DNA from: Malacoraja senta
Lineage: Eukaryota
Reading direction: 5' to 3'
DNA: 64,000 nucleotides
NCBI GenBank assembly: GCA_038087875.1
Contig: CM075996.1
Location: 3,412,001 to 3,476,000 of the forward strand
Below, piece after piece: positions 36,826 through 49,140 of the stretch; within the stretch, counting starts at the first letter, position 1, and each line of letters begins with the position of its first letter. The notes beneath the pieces are model-generated. The model saw only the letters and a program-made list of their open reading frames with translations. It did not search any database and had not been told where the DNA came from. The translations under genes and the position numbers were made by a program.

Positions 36826-38327
36826 CCTTGATGGGAAGATGGAAGGTTGATTTTATAGAAATAACATTTGATATAGACTCCAAGTTGATTCGCCAGATAG
36901 GCTGCAAATGTGACAATTTGAACAGGGAAAGTAGGAGCACAGTAGGCCATCTGACCCCAGTTATAATCGATCATCGCCGTAGCACCATATCTCTGAACTA
37001 TCCCCATATCCCTTCATATAAAGAAATCAAAGTTTTGAATGAACTCAATGATTAAAGTTTCCAAATCCTTAAGGGCAGAAAATCACAAAGATTTACCACT
37101 GCTTAACAAAATCATCCTCATCTCAGTCCTATTTGAAGACTGCAACCTCTATGTTCAAGACTCCTCAATCATGTGAAACATCATCCCCATATTCACCCTA
37201 TTAGTTGTGATCATCATGGAATAGACCATCCTAAAATAGTCGTCTTTGCTACCATACAACAATCCCAATAAAGGGAACAAAGAAATATGCTTCTGGAAAC
37301 AAGTTTGATGTCTTTTTGCTAATTTATCTATTTTTAATATTCAGGACCAGGAAAATAAATTAAGACTTTACCTCATCACTGGTTATGTTATAAATCTGAG
37401 TAACTATTACTTGGTTCCACATACCAAATACTTGAAAAATCACGAGTTACAGCCTCCACTGCCCATAGCTGTTTGACCTTAAACTGGTCTGCCAAAATCA
37501 AAGTTCCAATCTTCAAAACAAGAAAAGATTTAACTCTGCTTTTATGAGGAACACAGCAAACCATGTGCTTCATTTACCATGACAGGTGAGCAGCATTTTA
37601 CTTCCCCTCATCGTCAGACCAAGTATTATAAATTCCTAAATTAAAAATAAATGAAAACACTCAGATATCTAGTGATGCAAGAGGCTGCAGATGTTGGAAT
37701 CTTAAGCAAAATACAAAATGCTGGATGAACTAAGCAGGCCAAGAATGGAAAAGGACAGCTGATGTTTCAGGTCGTGACAATGACTCACAGATGCTGCCAG
37801 GAAGGCCAAACACTTTGTTTTTTTGTTCAACAGATCTCTTGCTCATTCAAATAGTGATTGGAATTATAGCTCAGCTGAGTGGATGAAGTAAATTACAGTC
37901 CTTCCAAACAAGTCTATTCAGAAAATTTCAAATGTATTGATTTTGCTTGATGAACAAATACATGGTTATGCAGAAGCACAAATTAAATTCATTTCAAATC
38001 CAACGAGTTGTATTAAGAAATTCCAGCATAGGACACAATGTGATTCGAAGTAGTATCTGTCCAGGATTTTGGAGCAGATGTAATTTTTTCCTGACCTTCT
38101 TCCTTAACAAAGCCAAACTATTTTGCCTATATCTTCTACATCCTCCTACATTTTGATTGGTCTGCCCTATGTTAAGCAAATTACTTTGTTCCCCAGTAGT
38201 CTCGATGATGTGAGGAAACAGTGATGGAAGATATGGAATCTTAAGTTCTGAAATCCTCACTGCTGACAAATGTATTGTTAAGGATGACACCAGTGGAAGT
38301 GAAAAAGATTAATCTTATATATTAACG

Positions 38328-38422
38328 GTAGGCAAAAATGCTGGAGAAACTCAGCAGGTGAGGCAGCATCTAAGGAGCGATGGAATAGGTGACGTTTAGG
38401 GTTGAGACCCTTCCTCAGACTG
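38328..38422 (-). mobile_element. Penelope-derived short repeat
   Basis: aaaatgctggagaaactcagc...gacgttt..ggttgagaccc; same family at 39312-39402, 46610-46686, 56243-56338 and 61817-61900. Confidence 0.75.
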
Positions 38423-38559
38423 TCAGATGTCTACATGTCAGACAGAAGTTCAATTGGAGATCTAAAATCTAATTCAGTGATTAATTTCTGTAGAATATTT
38501 AATATTGGTCACTTTTTTTAAACCAATGAACAGCGAGTGCTAATGCTGTGGTAAATGTA

Positions 38560-39235
38560 GAGCAGATGGATCAAGGATCATAAATACAAAGTTCCCTGAA
38601 AATGGTGCTGTAGGTAGCTAGGATAGTGAAGAAGTCTTTTGGCACACTGGCTTTCATTAGTTGGTCAAGTGAGTATAGAAGTTGGGATGTTGTGTTACAC
38701 TTGTACATGATGCTGATGAGGTGACTTTTGGAGTATCATGTTCAGTTTTGGTAATCTATGATGTTGGAAAGATTCTATTGAGCTGGAAAGTGTGCAGCGA
38801 AGATTTACGAGGATGTTGGCAGGACTCGGACTGAGATATAGGGAGAGATTGGGCAGGCTGTGAGGTGCATTTACCTTGGGTGCACAGGAGGCTGAGAGTT
38901 GATCTTTTAGAGATGTAAAATCATGAGGACTAGATGGGGTAAATGCACTATTTTTTTCAAGGGGAATTGAGAACTAAGGGGCATAGATTGAAGGTGAGAG
39001 GGGAAGATTTAATAGGAACCTGAGGAACAACATTTTCACAGATGATGGTGAATATATGGAACGAGCTACCTGAAGTAGCTGAGCCAGATACAATTACAAT
39101 GATTAAAAGACATTTCGATAGATATACGGATAGAAAAAGTTCACAGGAATATGGGCCAAATGGGACTAGCTTAGACGAGCTATCTTGGTCAGCACTGATG
39201 GACTGGGCTGATGTTTAGGTGCTGTGTGACTAATA
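38560..39235 (+). mobile_element. Decayed CR1 3' part
   Basis: Colinear by eye with the C-terminal region of the CR1 at 60.8-61.4 kb (gtgcagcgaagatttacgaggatgttg). Confidence 0.75.
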
Positions 39236-39279
39236 CTCCTGTGACTCAAGTTAGTTAATATATAAGATTGAATGTATAA

Positions 39280-39428
39280 GAAAGAACTGCAGATGCTGGA
39301 AAGATCGAAGGTAGACAAAAATGCTGGAGAAACTCAGCGGGTGAGGCAGCATCTATGGAGCAAAGGATTAGGTGACGTTTCGGGTTGAGACCCTTCTTCA
39401 GATTTTTGCAGCATCTGCAGTTCCTCCT
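39280..39428 (-). mobile_element. Penelope-derived repeat with inverted ends
   Basis: gaactgcagatgctg (left) and cagcatctgcagttc (right) enclose the hammerhead-like core at 39374-39401. Confidence 0.75.
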
Positions 39429-42400
39429 TAACCATTCTATCTTTCAATGCTAAGTTTCCAGTGCATGCATCTTAGAATATGACTCTATACTTTATCATTC
39501 AGGCAGCAGAGGAATTGGCTACTGAGTCATAGACAAAGAAAGAATGGACCATATAACATTTCTCATATTTTGCTACATGTCAGTCATGTAATTGAAGCAC
39601 TGGTTCACAATACCTCAAGAATATCAGTTCTAATGCTGGGGAGCAGCTAAGGAGCAGAATCAATACAAGCTGGACACTTTAAAAATAAAGTGCAGAACTG
39701 CAGGTGCTTCATATATAAGGTTAGAAATATTCTTCTAAGGTTTAATATTATCATTTAAAAAAGCATATGATTGACTTCAAAAGTGCTGTTATTTATGGTG
39801 CAGGATTTTCCATTTTGGAAATATGATTTTTAATCATAACGGTTAGATAAATCCATAATCGCTCATCAGGTGAACTCAAAGAACAAGCATACATATTAGC
39901 AAATCATCTGGCACTACGGAGGATAATGATCCTTTGGTAACTTGAACTGCTTTTCCTCAGGAGTACATTAACGAATCTACAAAAAGTTGTACTTTTTTTT
40001 TGAGGTCATTCACTAGGTCAATGCAACATCGTGTAAAATCCAGGCATCTTGTTGTTTATACTCCTGGTCACATTCTATATTACTACTGGAAAAATACATG
40101 CATATGGGAATTTAATAAAAATCCAGGAGTCGAATCAATCAATATTCTATTTTTGAATAGCGTATGATGGTAGCTTTATTTCCAGAGCCACTTTGTATTG
40201 TTTTTTTATTGTGACATCAATAGCATACTAGCCTTAAAGTTGAAGAATGTATGAATTTCCACCACCCCAATCCCTTAAAACTAAAAATAATAAGCATCCC
40301 AGTTCAGCATTCCCATCAAAAGGAACATCATCTTTTAGCATAAATAACTGACATTTGACAAACATACAAATTCCATGAAACAGCATCAACATTACTTCTT
40401 AAATTCCTATTTATAATTCGTGAAATCATCAAAAATGTAACTGTAATACTAGTCATATTTCACCACAATTATTTTGAAGAGAGCGGTTAAACGACTTGAG
40501 GGTACTGATGCCACTTCTTACACCAAAATTTATAAAAGGCAAGTAATAGTCCAAGCACAATTTGAAGTACTGAACCTGTAAATGCTAAATCCTAATGAAT
40601 ATAGAAACTGAGAATAGTGCAACGAAAACCAAGTGTGATTAATTTCATGAAAACAAGTTAAATACAAGAATTATGAATATTTAATGGCTTTATTCTTCCT
40701 TACCTGCAAGCATTACTGCACAATGCTGATTAAATTGGAAATGTTTAACTTATAATTTGAGCATACCATTTAGATAAAATAATATATGCAAGACACAAAA
40801 AGCAAGCACACTGATGTCATAAGAATATGATTTATTCTTTTTCTCAGCTCTTAATGTAGCACAACCACACTAAACATGCCTGTTAGGACATGCATTCTTT
40901 TAGAATGCTCACTGAGCGACCATCTTAAATTTGTAGAAAGTGTGGAGAATTAGAGCAAAAAAAATGTAAGCTGCGTAATTTCTAGTAGTCAAAGCTTTAA
41001 CACAGTAACAAAATTATCAATTCATTGGAAGTTCTGTGTGTGTGTTGTGTGTGTGTGTGTGTACACAGACACACACACAAATAATTCAAATCAGTTGAAC
41101 AGTGTATTTTTATATTTATTGTAATAATGCCGTGGGAGCATTACATGATACGATATATCAGCAGAGTTGGGCTTATCAGTTTATTAGAATTTATTTCCAA
41201 ACATTTCATTTTCCCTTCTTCCTCTGCACTAATCACTACAGAAACCTCATTACCCACATCGAGAAATTCCAGTTTTATTGTGCATAAACTGGCTCATGAG
41301 ATGGTAATCTGGACACTCACTTAACCTCTCTTTTGCTCCTGGACACACAGAAGGCAAGAAAGAGAAAAAAAACACTTCCCTTTGCTGTATTCTATATGCA
41401 TCTCTTGCCGAAAATGTAGAAATTATAATTTCTAGAAAATAAATGAACATGAACTATGCTCATTAGATTATTTACAAAACCTGCTGCTAATGTGCATATC
41501 GCTGATTCAAAACCTGATTGTTCATCTATCTTCAAACCTTCTAGAGCTAAATTAACTAATCATTGGGTGATTTGGCTTGGGAAAGTCAATTGAGATTTAT
41601 GATGCAGGACATTTTACACTCCTGTAGGCAAATATCAACACTTGAAACTTTAGTCATAATTCAAACTAGATGTTATACCAGGTTGTTAATATCAGTGCTT
41701 AAAATTCTTTAATTCATAACGTGTGCAGTTGAGTACAAGCGAGGCATGTTAATATTTCAGATAAATACTTTAGCAAAAGGCTATTAAGAATATAAAGTTC
41801 ATTTTGTGTTACAATGTTCAATAGCAAGGTATGCTATTTAAGTAAGTTATGGGAAAATTCAAATAGAGTAATAACTTTTGCAGCATTCCTAAAACATCTA
41901 TTTTTAAACAAATAAGTTTGCATTTGAATAGAATCATCCAAGGTTATCAGATTGCCAATTACAACTAATGAAGTACTTCTATCTCACTTGTTTGGTCAAT
42001 AATGATTCCTAGAAAATATCACCAAATAATCAATTTTGTAGATTATTTAAAATCATGTGATTGAGATGCTAAAACATTGATTATTAACACCTGGAAGTGT
42101 TACAATCATAATATATAATGTCTCTCAAGTGGATACTGGGGTTAGCTTTCAATGACATTGGTACAAAGATTAAATTGCACATAGTCCTTTAACAACATCA
42201 TCCAGTGATGCTACAGCTTTAGATTTGAACTGGGGTTTGCAAAATTAAATTTAATTGTTATTATGGAATTTATTTTAAATTGAAACATCCTATTAAAATG
42301 AAAGCCTAAATCATCTAACAAAAAAAGTATCCTACATCAGTAATAATGTTAACAAGAATCTTTAATTACAATTTTACCTGATAGTACAAAAAGCAATGTA

Positions 42401-43847
42401 TTTTTATTTTCTTCACAAATGCAATTAATTTTAAAACTACGGGAACCTAAATCATTCACAGAAGTATTACAAATTTAATAACCTGGGGAAAATGAAATGA
42501 AATGCCATAACAGCATTAATAACAATGAAAGCATCAAAGATCTAAAACATAGACAGAACTGGCTCATTGATATTTCATGTTGGCCTTGTGTATTATTTTG
42601 GATAGCTATCAAAATGCCAAATAGGTATCAAAAACACATTTATGAATAACGACAAAAAAAATGCAGCTCTTATTTAGTGTTTTTGCATAAATATTATCCA
42701 AACATTACAGATGCTTTCTGCATTGGTCATTGAAGTATGATCAAGAATGTGTCAACATGGCTGTTAATATGAAATGGTACTGTAGAGGTTATAATCAGTG
42801 AAAGATGAATAGTTAAGTTACCACTAAATAAATACACTTATCATGCCGAAATTTCCAGGTTTCTAAATAACAAAAGATGTACTAATTGGAATGACAAACC
42901 ATTCTAGAAGATTCTTAAATGCAGTTGTATTATAAATGGCTTCTTTTTTCCCTTTGAGATAGAGGACGTAGAATAGGAAGAAAACTATGTAGAGTCTATA
43001 CAAATTATTTTTAAAATTGGGCTTGGCTGTACTACAAAACATTGGATAAAGCAGAAGGTATGACAAAGGATTCTCCCAAAATATTCAAATCAGAGGCAAA
43101 TGAAAGGACACAAGCCAAAAGATTGAATCGACAATAAACATTCAAAAGCAACATTTCGAATTTAACAGGCGACTTTGCCTTTGTATCATGGAGCCAAATG
43201 ACAGATGTGTGCAAAGCATGATGAAAAATTACCACATGGGAAGACTCAAATTAGAAGATCCTGGAGGCTTGAGTGAGACTGAAGCACTGAAGACTGTTGA
43301 GGATCTGGCACCAGCAGTAACATTACGCAAGAGGAAAAGTGAGTGTTTGGTCAACTGGCAAAGGAAGTTTAAGAGAATTACTGACTAAAATACTACCGTA
43401 GTCAAACATTAGACCTCTGGTCTAATATTTGAATACAAGATTTTATTGGCAGCAAGATATAACAACAGGTTAAAACATGACTAGCATAATCTAAGAAGTC
43501 TTAACTCAATAAATTAGCACTTGCCCATCATATTCCCACAATCCCCACCCCCCTCCTCCAAATTTCTATGACAGCTGTAAAACTAATAGTTTGAGTAAAG
43601 TATGGTTTATCTATTCCAAACACAAAGCATCCTGCCATTAAATTTATAGTATTATTTGTTCTGGGGTCGCCCGGATTTCAACATTTGCAGAAAATTCCTT
43701 TTCAAAATAAACCACAAATTAACTACTGAACAACCCATTCTCCCACCAACCACCGCAAAAAGAATCTAGCTTAGTTCTTTGTCAGGGAATTGATTGTGAG
43801 TAAAACAATATTTACCAATCCCTTACATCCTTCCAAAATCAAATCTG

Positions 43848-44760
43848 AAAATGGCCATCATTATTACTTACCAGGGAGGAGTAATAAAAAGGTGCATATT
43901 TGTACCAGTTGAGAATGGGTTAAGTCCTGTGAATGTCACATTGACTTTAGCAGCCATTTTTATAATTGAATATCCCAGAATTTTGGTTAAGTAGGCTCTG
44001 AACCTCCAATTAGCAGCCATTTTGGTCCTTCTGAAGGGTTCCAGTGGACAAAATTCATAACAGTTCGGCACGAAACATTGCAGAATATTTCATGACTTAC
44101 ACGCAGCAGGACAAAACTACACAATTAAATTTAAGATTTTACATCTGAATTGAGCATTAAAATTTTTTAAAAGAAAAAGGAACATTGAACGAAATGAGAG
44201 AAAAACTGGCTTATGTTGGTAAGAGATAAAAAGCAATAGATATCTAATATTGCTTACCTGATTATAAAAGTTGATATGTGATATTTGCACTTCCTTAAAT
44301 AAACCACAGGAACTTGCTCAAGGCATTTTTGCATTTGATTTTGCATAACAAATGTCAGCCATTTTGAGTTTGCCGAGACACAGACAGCTGAGGATACTGT
44401 AGCATCATCCTCCTCCTCACTTTTATATATAAAGAGCTACTTCTCTACAGAGACTTGTTACAAAATGGTTTCCTACCCTGCATCATCTCCCTTCAATGAT
44501 TCATTCATTTTAGCTTTGGTGTGGGTGTGAATGTTGGGGCGTGTGTGTATATGTTGCACAATATTCTTTGCCTGCTACAGTCAGATAGCTGCAAGTACAC
44601 AACCACATAACAACAACAGGACTTACCAGCAGACAGCAAGCTCTGATTGTTGGGTGTGCAACTACAGCATAGCAGATGTGTCTGGAGGCGGCCCCTCACT
44701 GACGTCAACTGCCTGTCAGTCACACTAGGCAATTAGCAAGCAGGATTCTACAGTGCAAGT
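43848..44760 (-). promoter_or_regulatory. Putative internal promoter and alternative first-exon cluster
   Basis: CRE TGACGTCA 44700-44707; TATATAAAAG 44429-44420; YY1-type AAAATGGC x4; donors CTG|gtaagt 44627, CAG|gtaagc 44258 and CTG|gtaagt 43872. Confidence 0.55.
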
Positions 44761-46506
44761 TTACTTGCTGCTTCCTAGAAATCCAGGCCAGAGATTACAA
44801 AACACCAGAGCGAGCCAGACGGCTATTAGAACCACCAGGCACCAGAGGGAGGGGGAAAAACACAAAAGAAGCCCCACTTCAAGAACATACAGGAGGATAT
44901 TGCCAGAACGCAAGATCTCCCTGAGCCCTTGAACCCATTATTTGAATATATCATACAACACAATATATAAATAACTCCTATCTTTTCCAAATCACTTTCT
45001 TCAACATTTATGAATGACATTAAAATTTAATATACAAATAAAGGTGTCCTTTTTTTCTTTCCTGGTTCCCAATGATATCAAATCTCTAATCTTGGCATTT
45101 TCTAGCTATTTAGAAAGAAAATATTCCCCAAATAAACCTCCGACATACAGGGAAAAAGCGTTATACCATCATAAGGTATTTTGAGATTCAATTATTATAA
45201 CAAATTATATCCTACCACCTCAAATTTTATCTCCACAGTTTCATTATGAGTACAATGATCATTATTAAAATATTTAAATTAGTTCAAACTATTATATTCC
45301 CTCCTTCCTGTATTCCATTTCCTCCTCACTATATTAAGCACACAGCCAGCAGCACAATCTGCTTTTTCATTTCACTGGATTTCACTGGCGAGAAAGATCT
45401 AGATGACTCACGCTCACAGCACCCGACAGTTATAACATCTTCACAATTGTGAAATAAAGAGCAGACTGTAGTCGTAATGCATTATCCTCTGCACATGCAC
45501 ATGTGCTCTCTATATGCGTAATTCTTTAAAATGTTGAAATATATTCGTGCATTTTTTTTTAATGTTAGTTCAATCATGTCTCATTACACCTCAAAAAATA
45601 TCCAAAAAAATTGACAGCGGCAGATTTATTATTGTATCAAAGACAATATAGGAAATCTAATATTTCTTTGCAAAATTGGAGACAAACAAGTATAAGTAAT
45701 ATTACACAAAAAGAGAAAAACATACAGGGTACACTTTTGGAAAGTTGCAAGGTCAATTGAAAGACATTGATGAAAACACTCACGGACTTGTCGCCGATAT
45801 GAGAAAAGTATGCTTAAATATTTATGATATTTTAATTACCAGTCATGCTGCAGAATTTCTGCAGATAGTCAATAGATAAAAATCTGAAATAAACGTCAAG
45901 CTGAATCGCGAGCTTTTCCACGGGTGTGGTGAAACTGATAGATGCACAGAACCAACACACAAAATTAAAATTTATTTTAGACATGTTTTTTAATTTGTTG
46001 CCTCCCAAGATTGTAAACCAAAGAAAAGCATTCCAAATTTCCAGAGTTCTAAAAACCTACGCAAAGTATGACATAACTCGGCCTACCTACCCCACAAGCA
46101 ATTTATCTATATGATCAGGAATTTTAAGTAGGTAGAAAGTAAAATCCACCTTTATTCAACCTAATCATGAAAAACATGCAGATTTTAAATGGTCAAAATA
46201 AATCACAAATACTACAAGTAACACTGTCCTTTACTATCACTATATATCCCACAACTTATGCGTTATGTATTTAATAGCTTTCCTGAAAGATAGATGCTTT
46301 AATTATAGAAATAGAGGGGTTTTCTGGCACACATTTCTTCATGTGTGAGAAACAGACTAGATTAAGGAAACAAGTAGAGAAAGGAAGCATCCAAGATTCT
46401 AAGATATGTGTCACGTGATTCCAGCAGCTAAGCTCCTTGTATAATGGAGGAAGTCGAGAGTCCCAGCAGAGTGCACAAAATGGCTGCCTTGTCTGTACTA
46501 CAGCTA

Positions 46507-48319
46507 CAGTGCCCTCCATAATGTTTGGGACAAAGGCCCATCATTTATTTATTTGCCTCTGTAATCCACAATTTAAGATTTGTAATAGAAAAAAAAAATC
46601 ACATGTGGTCAAACTCAGCGGGTGAGGCAGCATCTATGAAGCGAAGGAATAGACGACGTTTCAGGTCGAGACACTTCTTCAGACTAATGGGGGGGGAAGA
46701 AAGGAAGAGGCCGAGACAGTAGGCTGTGGGAGAGCTGGGAAGGGGAGGGGAAGGGATGGGGAAGGAGGGAGAAAGCAATTGGAGGTCAATGTTCACACCG
46801 CTGGGGTGTAAACTACCCAAGTGAAATACGAGGTGCTGCTCCTCCAATTTGCACCTAATTTTTCACTTGGGTAGTTTACACCCTAGCGGTATGGTTGTCC
46901 CACTGCAAAATGTCCTTTATGCAAATATAAGGGAGCTCTCAGCACCTAGTCTTTCCTCCAGTTTTTCCATCACCGTTGGAAACTTTTATTGCTGTTATCA
47001 GCATGAGAACCAAGGTTGTGCCAATGAAAGTCAAAGACCCCATTATGAGACTGAGAAACAAGAATAAAACTGTTAAGACACATCAGCCAAACCTCGGGCT
47101 TACCAAAATCAACTGTTTGGAACATCATTAAGAGGAAAGAGAGCACTGGCGAGCTTACTAATCGCAAAGGGACTGGCAGGCCAAGGAAGTCCTCCACAGC
47201 TGATGACAGAAGAATTCTCTCTATAATAAAGAAAAATCCCCAAACACCTGTCCGACAGATCAGAAACACTCTTCAGTATTTGGATTTGTCAATGACCACT
47301 GTCTGCAGAAGACTTCATTAACAGAAATAGAGGCTACGCTGCAAGATGCAAACCACTGGTTAGCCACAAAAATATGATGGCCAGGTTATAATTTGCCAAG
47401 AAATACTTAAAAGAGCAACCACAGTTCTGGAAAAATGTCTTGTGGACAGATGAGACGAAGATTAACTTATATCAGAGTGATGGCAAGAGCAAAGTATGGA
47501 GGAGAGAAGGAACTGCCCAAGATCCAAAGCATACCACCTCATCTGTGAAACACAGTGGTGGGGGTGTAATGGCCTGGGCATGTATGGCTGCTGATGGTAC
47601 TGGCTCACTTATCTTCATTGATGATACAACTGTTGATGGTAATAGCTTAATGAATTCTGAAGTGTATAGACACATCCTATACGCTGAAGTTCAAACAAAT
47701 GCCTCAAAACTCATTGGCCAGCGGTTCATTCTACAGCAAAACAATGATCCCAAACATACTGCTGAAGCAACAAAGGAGTTTTTCAAAGCTAAAAAATGGT
47801 CAATTCTTGAGTGTCCAAGTCAATTACCCAATCTGAACCCAATTGAGCATGCCTTTAATATGCTGAAGAAAAAACTGAAGGGGACTAGCCCCCAAAACAA
47901 GCATAAGCTAAAGATGGCTGCAATACAGGCCTGGCAGAGCATCACCAGAGAAGACACCCAGCAACTGGTGATGTCCATGAATCAGACTTCAAGCAGTCAT
48001 TGCATGCAAAGGATATGCAACAAAATACTAAACATGACTACTTTCATTTACATGACATTGCTGTGTCCCAAACATTATAGTGCCCTGAAATGGGGGGGGG
48101 GGGGGGGGGGGACACACGTCGGTGGGTGGGCTATGTATAAACACTGGTGTAATTTCTACATGGTGAAACCAAAATGTATAAAAATACCCTTTATTAAAAT
48201 CTGACAATGTGCACTTTAACCACATGTGATTTTTTTTCTATTGCAAATCTCAAATTGTGGAGTACAGAGGCAAATAAATAAATGATGGGTCTTTGTCCCA
48301 AACATTATGGAGGGCACTG
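46507..48319 (+). mobile_element. Near full-length Tc1 (DD34E) transposon, transposase pseudogene
   Basis: TA|CAGTGCCCTCCATAATG ... CATTATGGAGGGCACTG|TA; WTDETK, QQNNDPKH (second D reads N), PNLNPIEH; N-terminal half disrupted. Confidence 0.95.
46609..46893 (-). mobile_element. Penelope-like element 3' end inserted in the left Tc1 TIR
   Basis: EEQHLVFHLGSLHPSGVNID resembles a GIY-YIG C-terminus; followed by a hammerhead-like core; inverted duplication at the 5' junction. Confidence 0.8.
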
Positions 48320-48759
48320 TATCTGCCTTAAATCAACCAAAGCTAACAACATAATTAGCTTCCCTGGAATACTGCTACCAAACATTTATAGAGCCTACTG
48401 ATCGGAAAGGAAACAGTTGACAGAAGACACCAGAGACCCTATGACCAGTGACATGCCCGAGGTCACTTGGAAGATTCTATATGACAACAAAGTCAATCAA
48501 CACCACATTTGCAACCACCTGTGGTGGTATTATGGGTCCAAACTGGGCAACACTTGCTCTGGGATCATCATGGGCATCAGGCTGACTGACCAGCAACCTA
48601 AAGAAGCCCAATTCAGATGGACCATCTGGGACTGTTTTAAAGAAAATGTCTCCCTTCATCCGACACACACGGCTGCAACAGATTGTTCATACCATATTGC
48701 CCAATTTTTCACATACAAGGTGCAAGAATTAGTTCATGCAAACTTACAAGTACTGAAAT

Positions 48760-49140
48760 TTTCTCAATACTAGAAAGAAATCAAAGAGTTGTACATGGAA
48801 GAATGCACTACTGAGAAAAAGTATACTTGTTCAAATGATATATGATCACCTCTCAAAAGCATTAAGATGGCGCTGGAGTGCGGTGACTCTTCGCATGTTT
48901 GTCCCAGAGGATCTACTATCGCCCGATACAATCACTCCTATGTCTATTCTACCTGTAAACCTAGCACAATTTCCAAGAACTGTATTCAGCACACTGTATC
49001 TTTCCCTTTGCTTTATCTATTGTTCCTAAGTTTTGCTTGAATGTATTTATCTATAATATTATCTGATTTGATTAGATATCATGCAAAAGAAAGCTTTTCA
49101 ATGTACCTTGGTACACATGACAATAATAAAGTTAAATCTA
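48760..49140 (+). mobile_element. Decayed Rex1/Babar-like 3' end
   Basis: Ends in aagcttttcaatgtaccttggtacacatgacaataataaa like the other copies. Confidence 0.6.
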
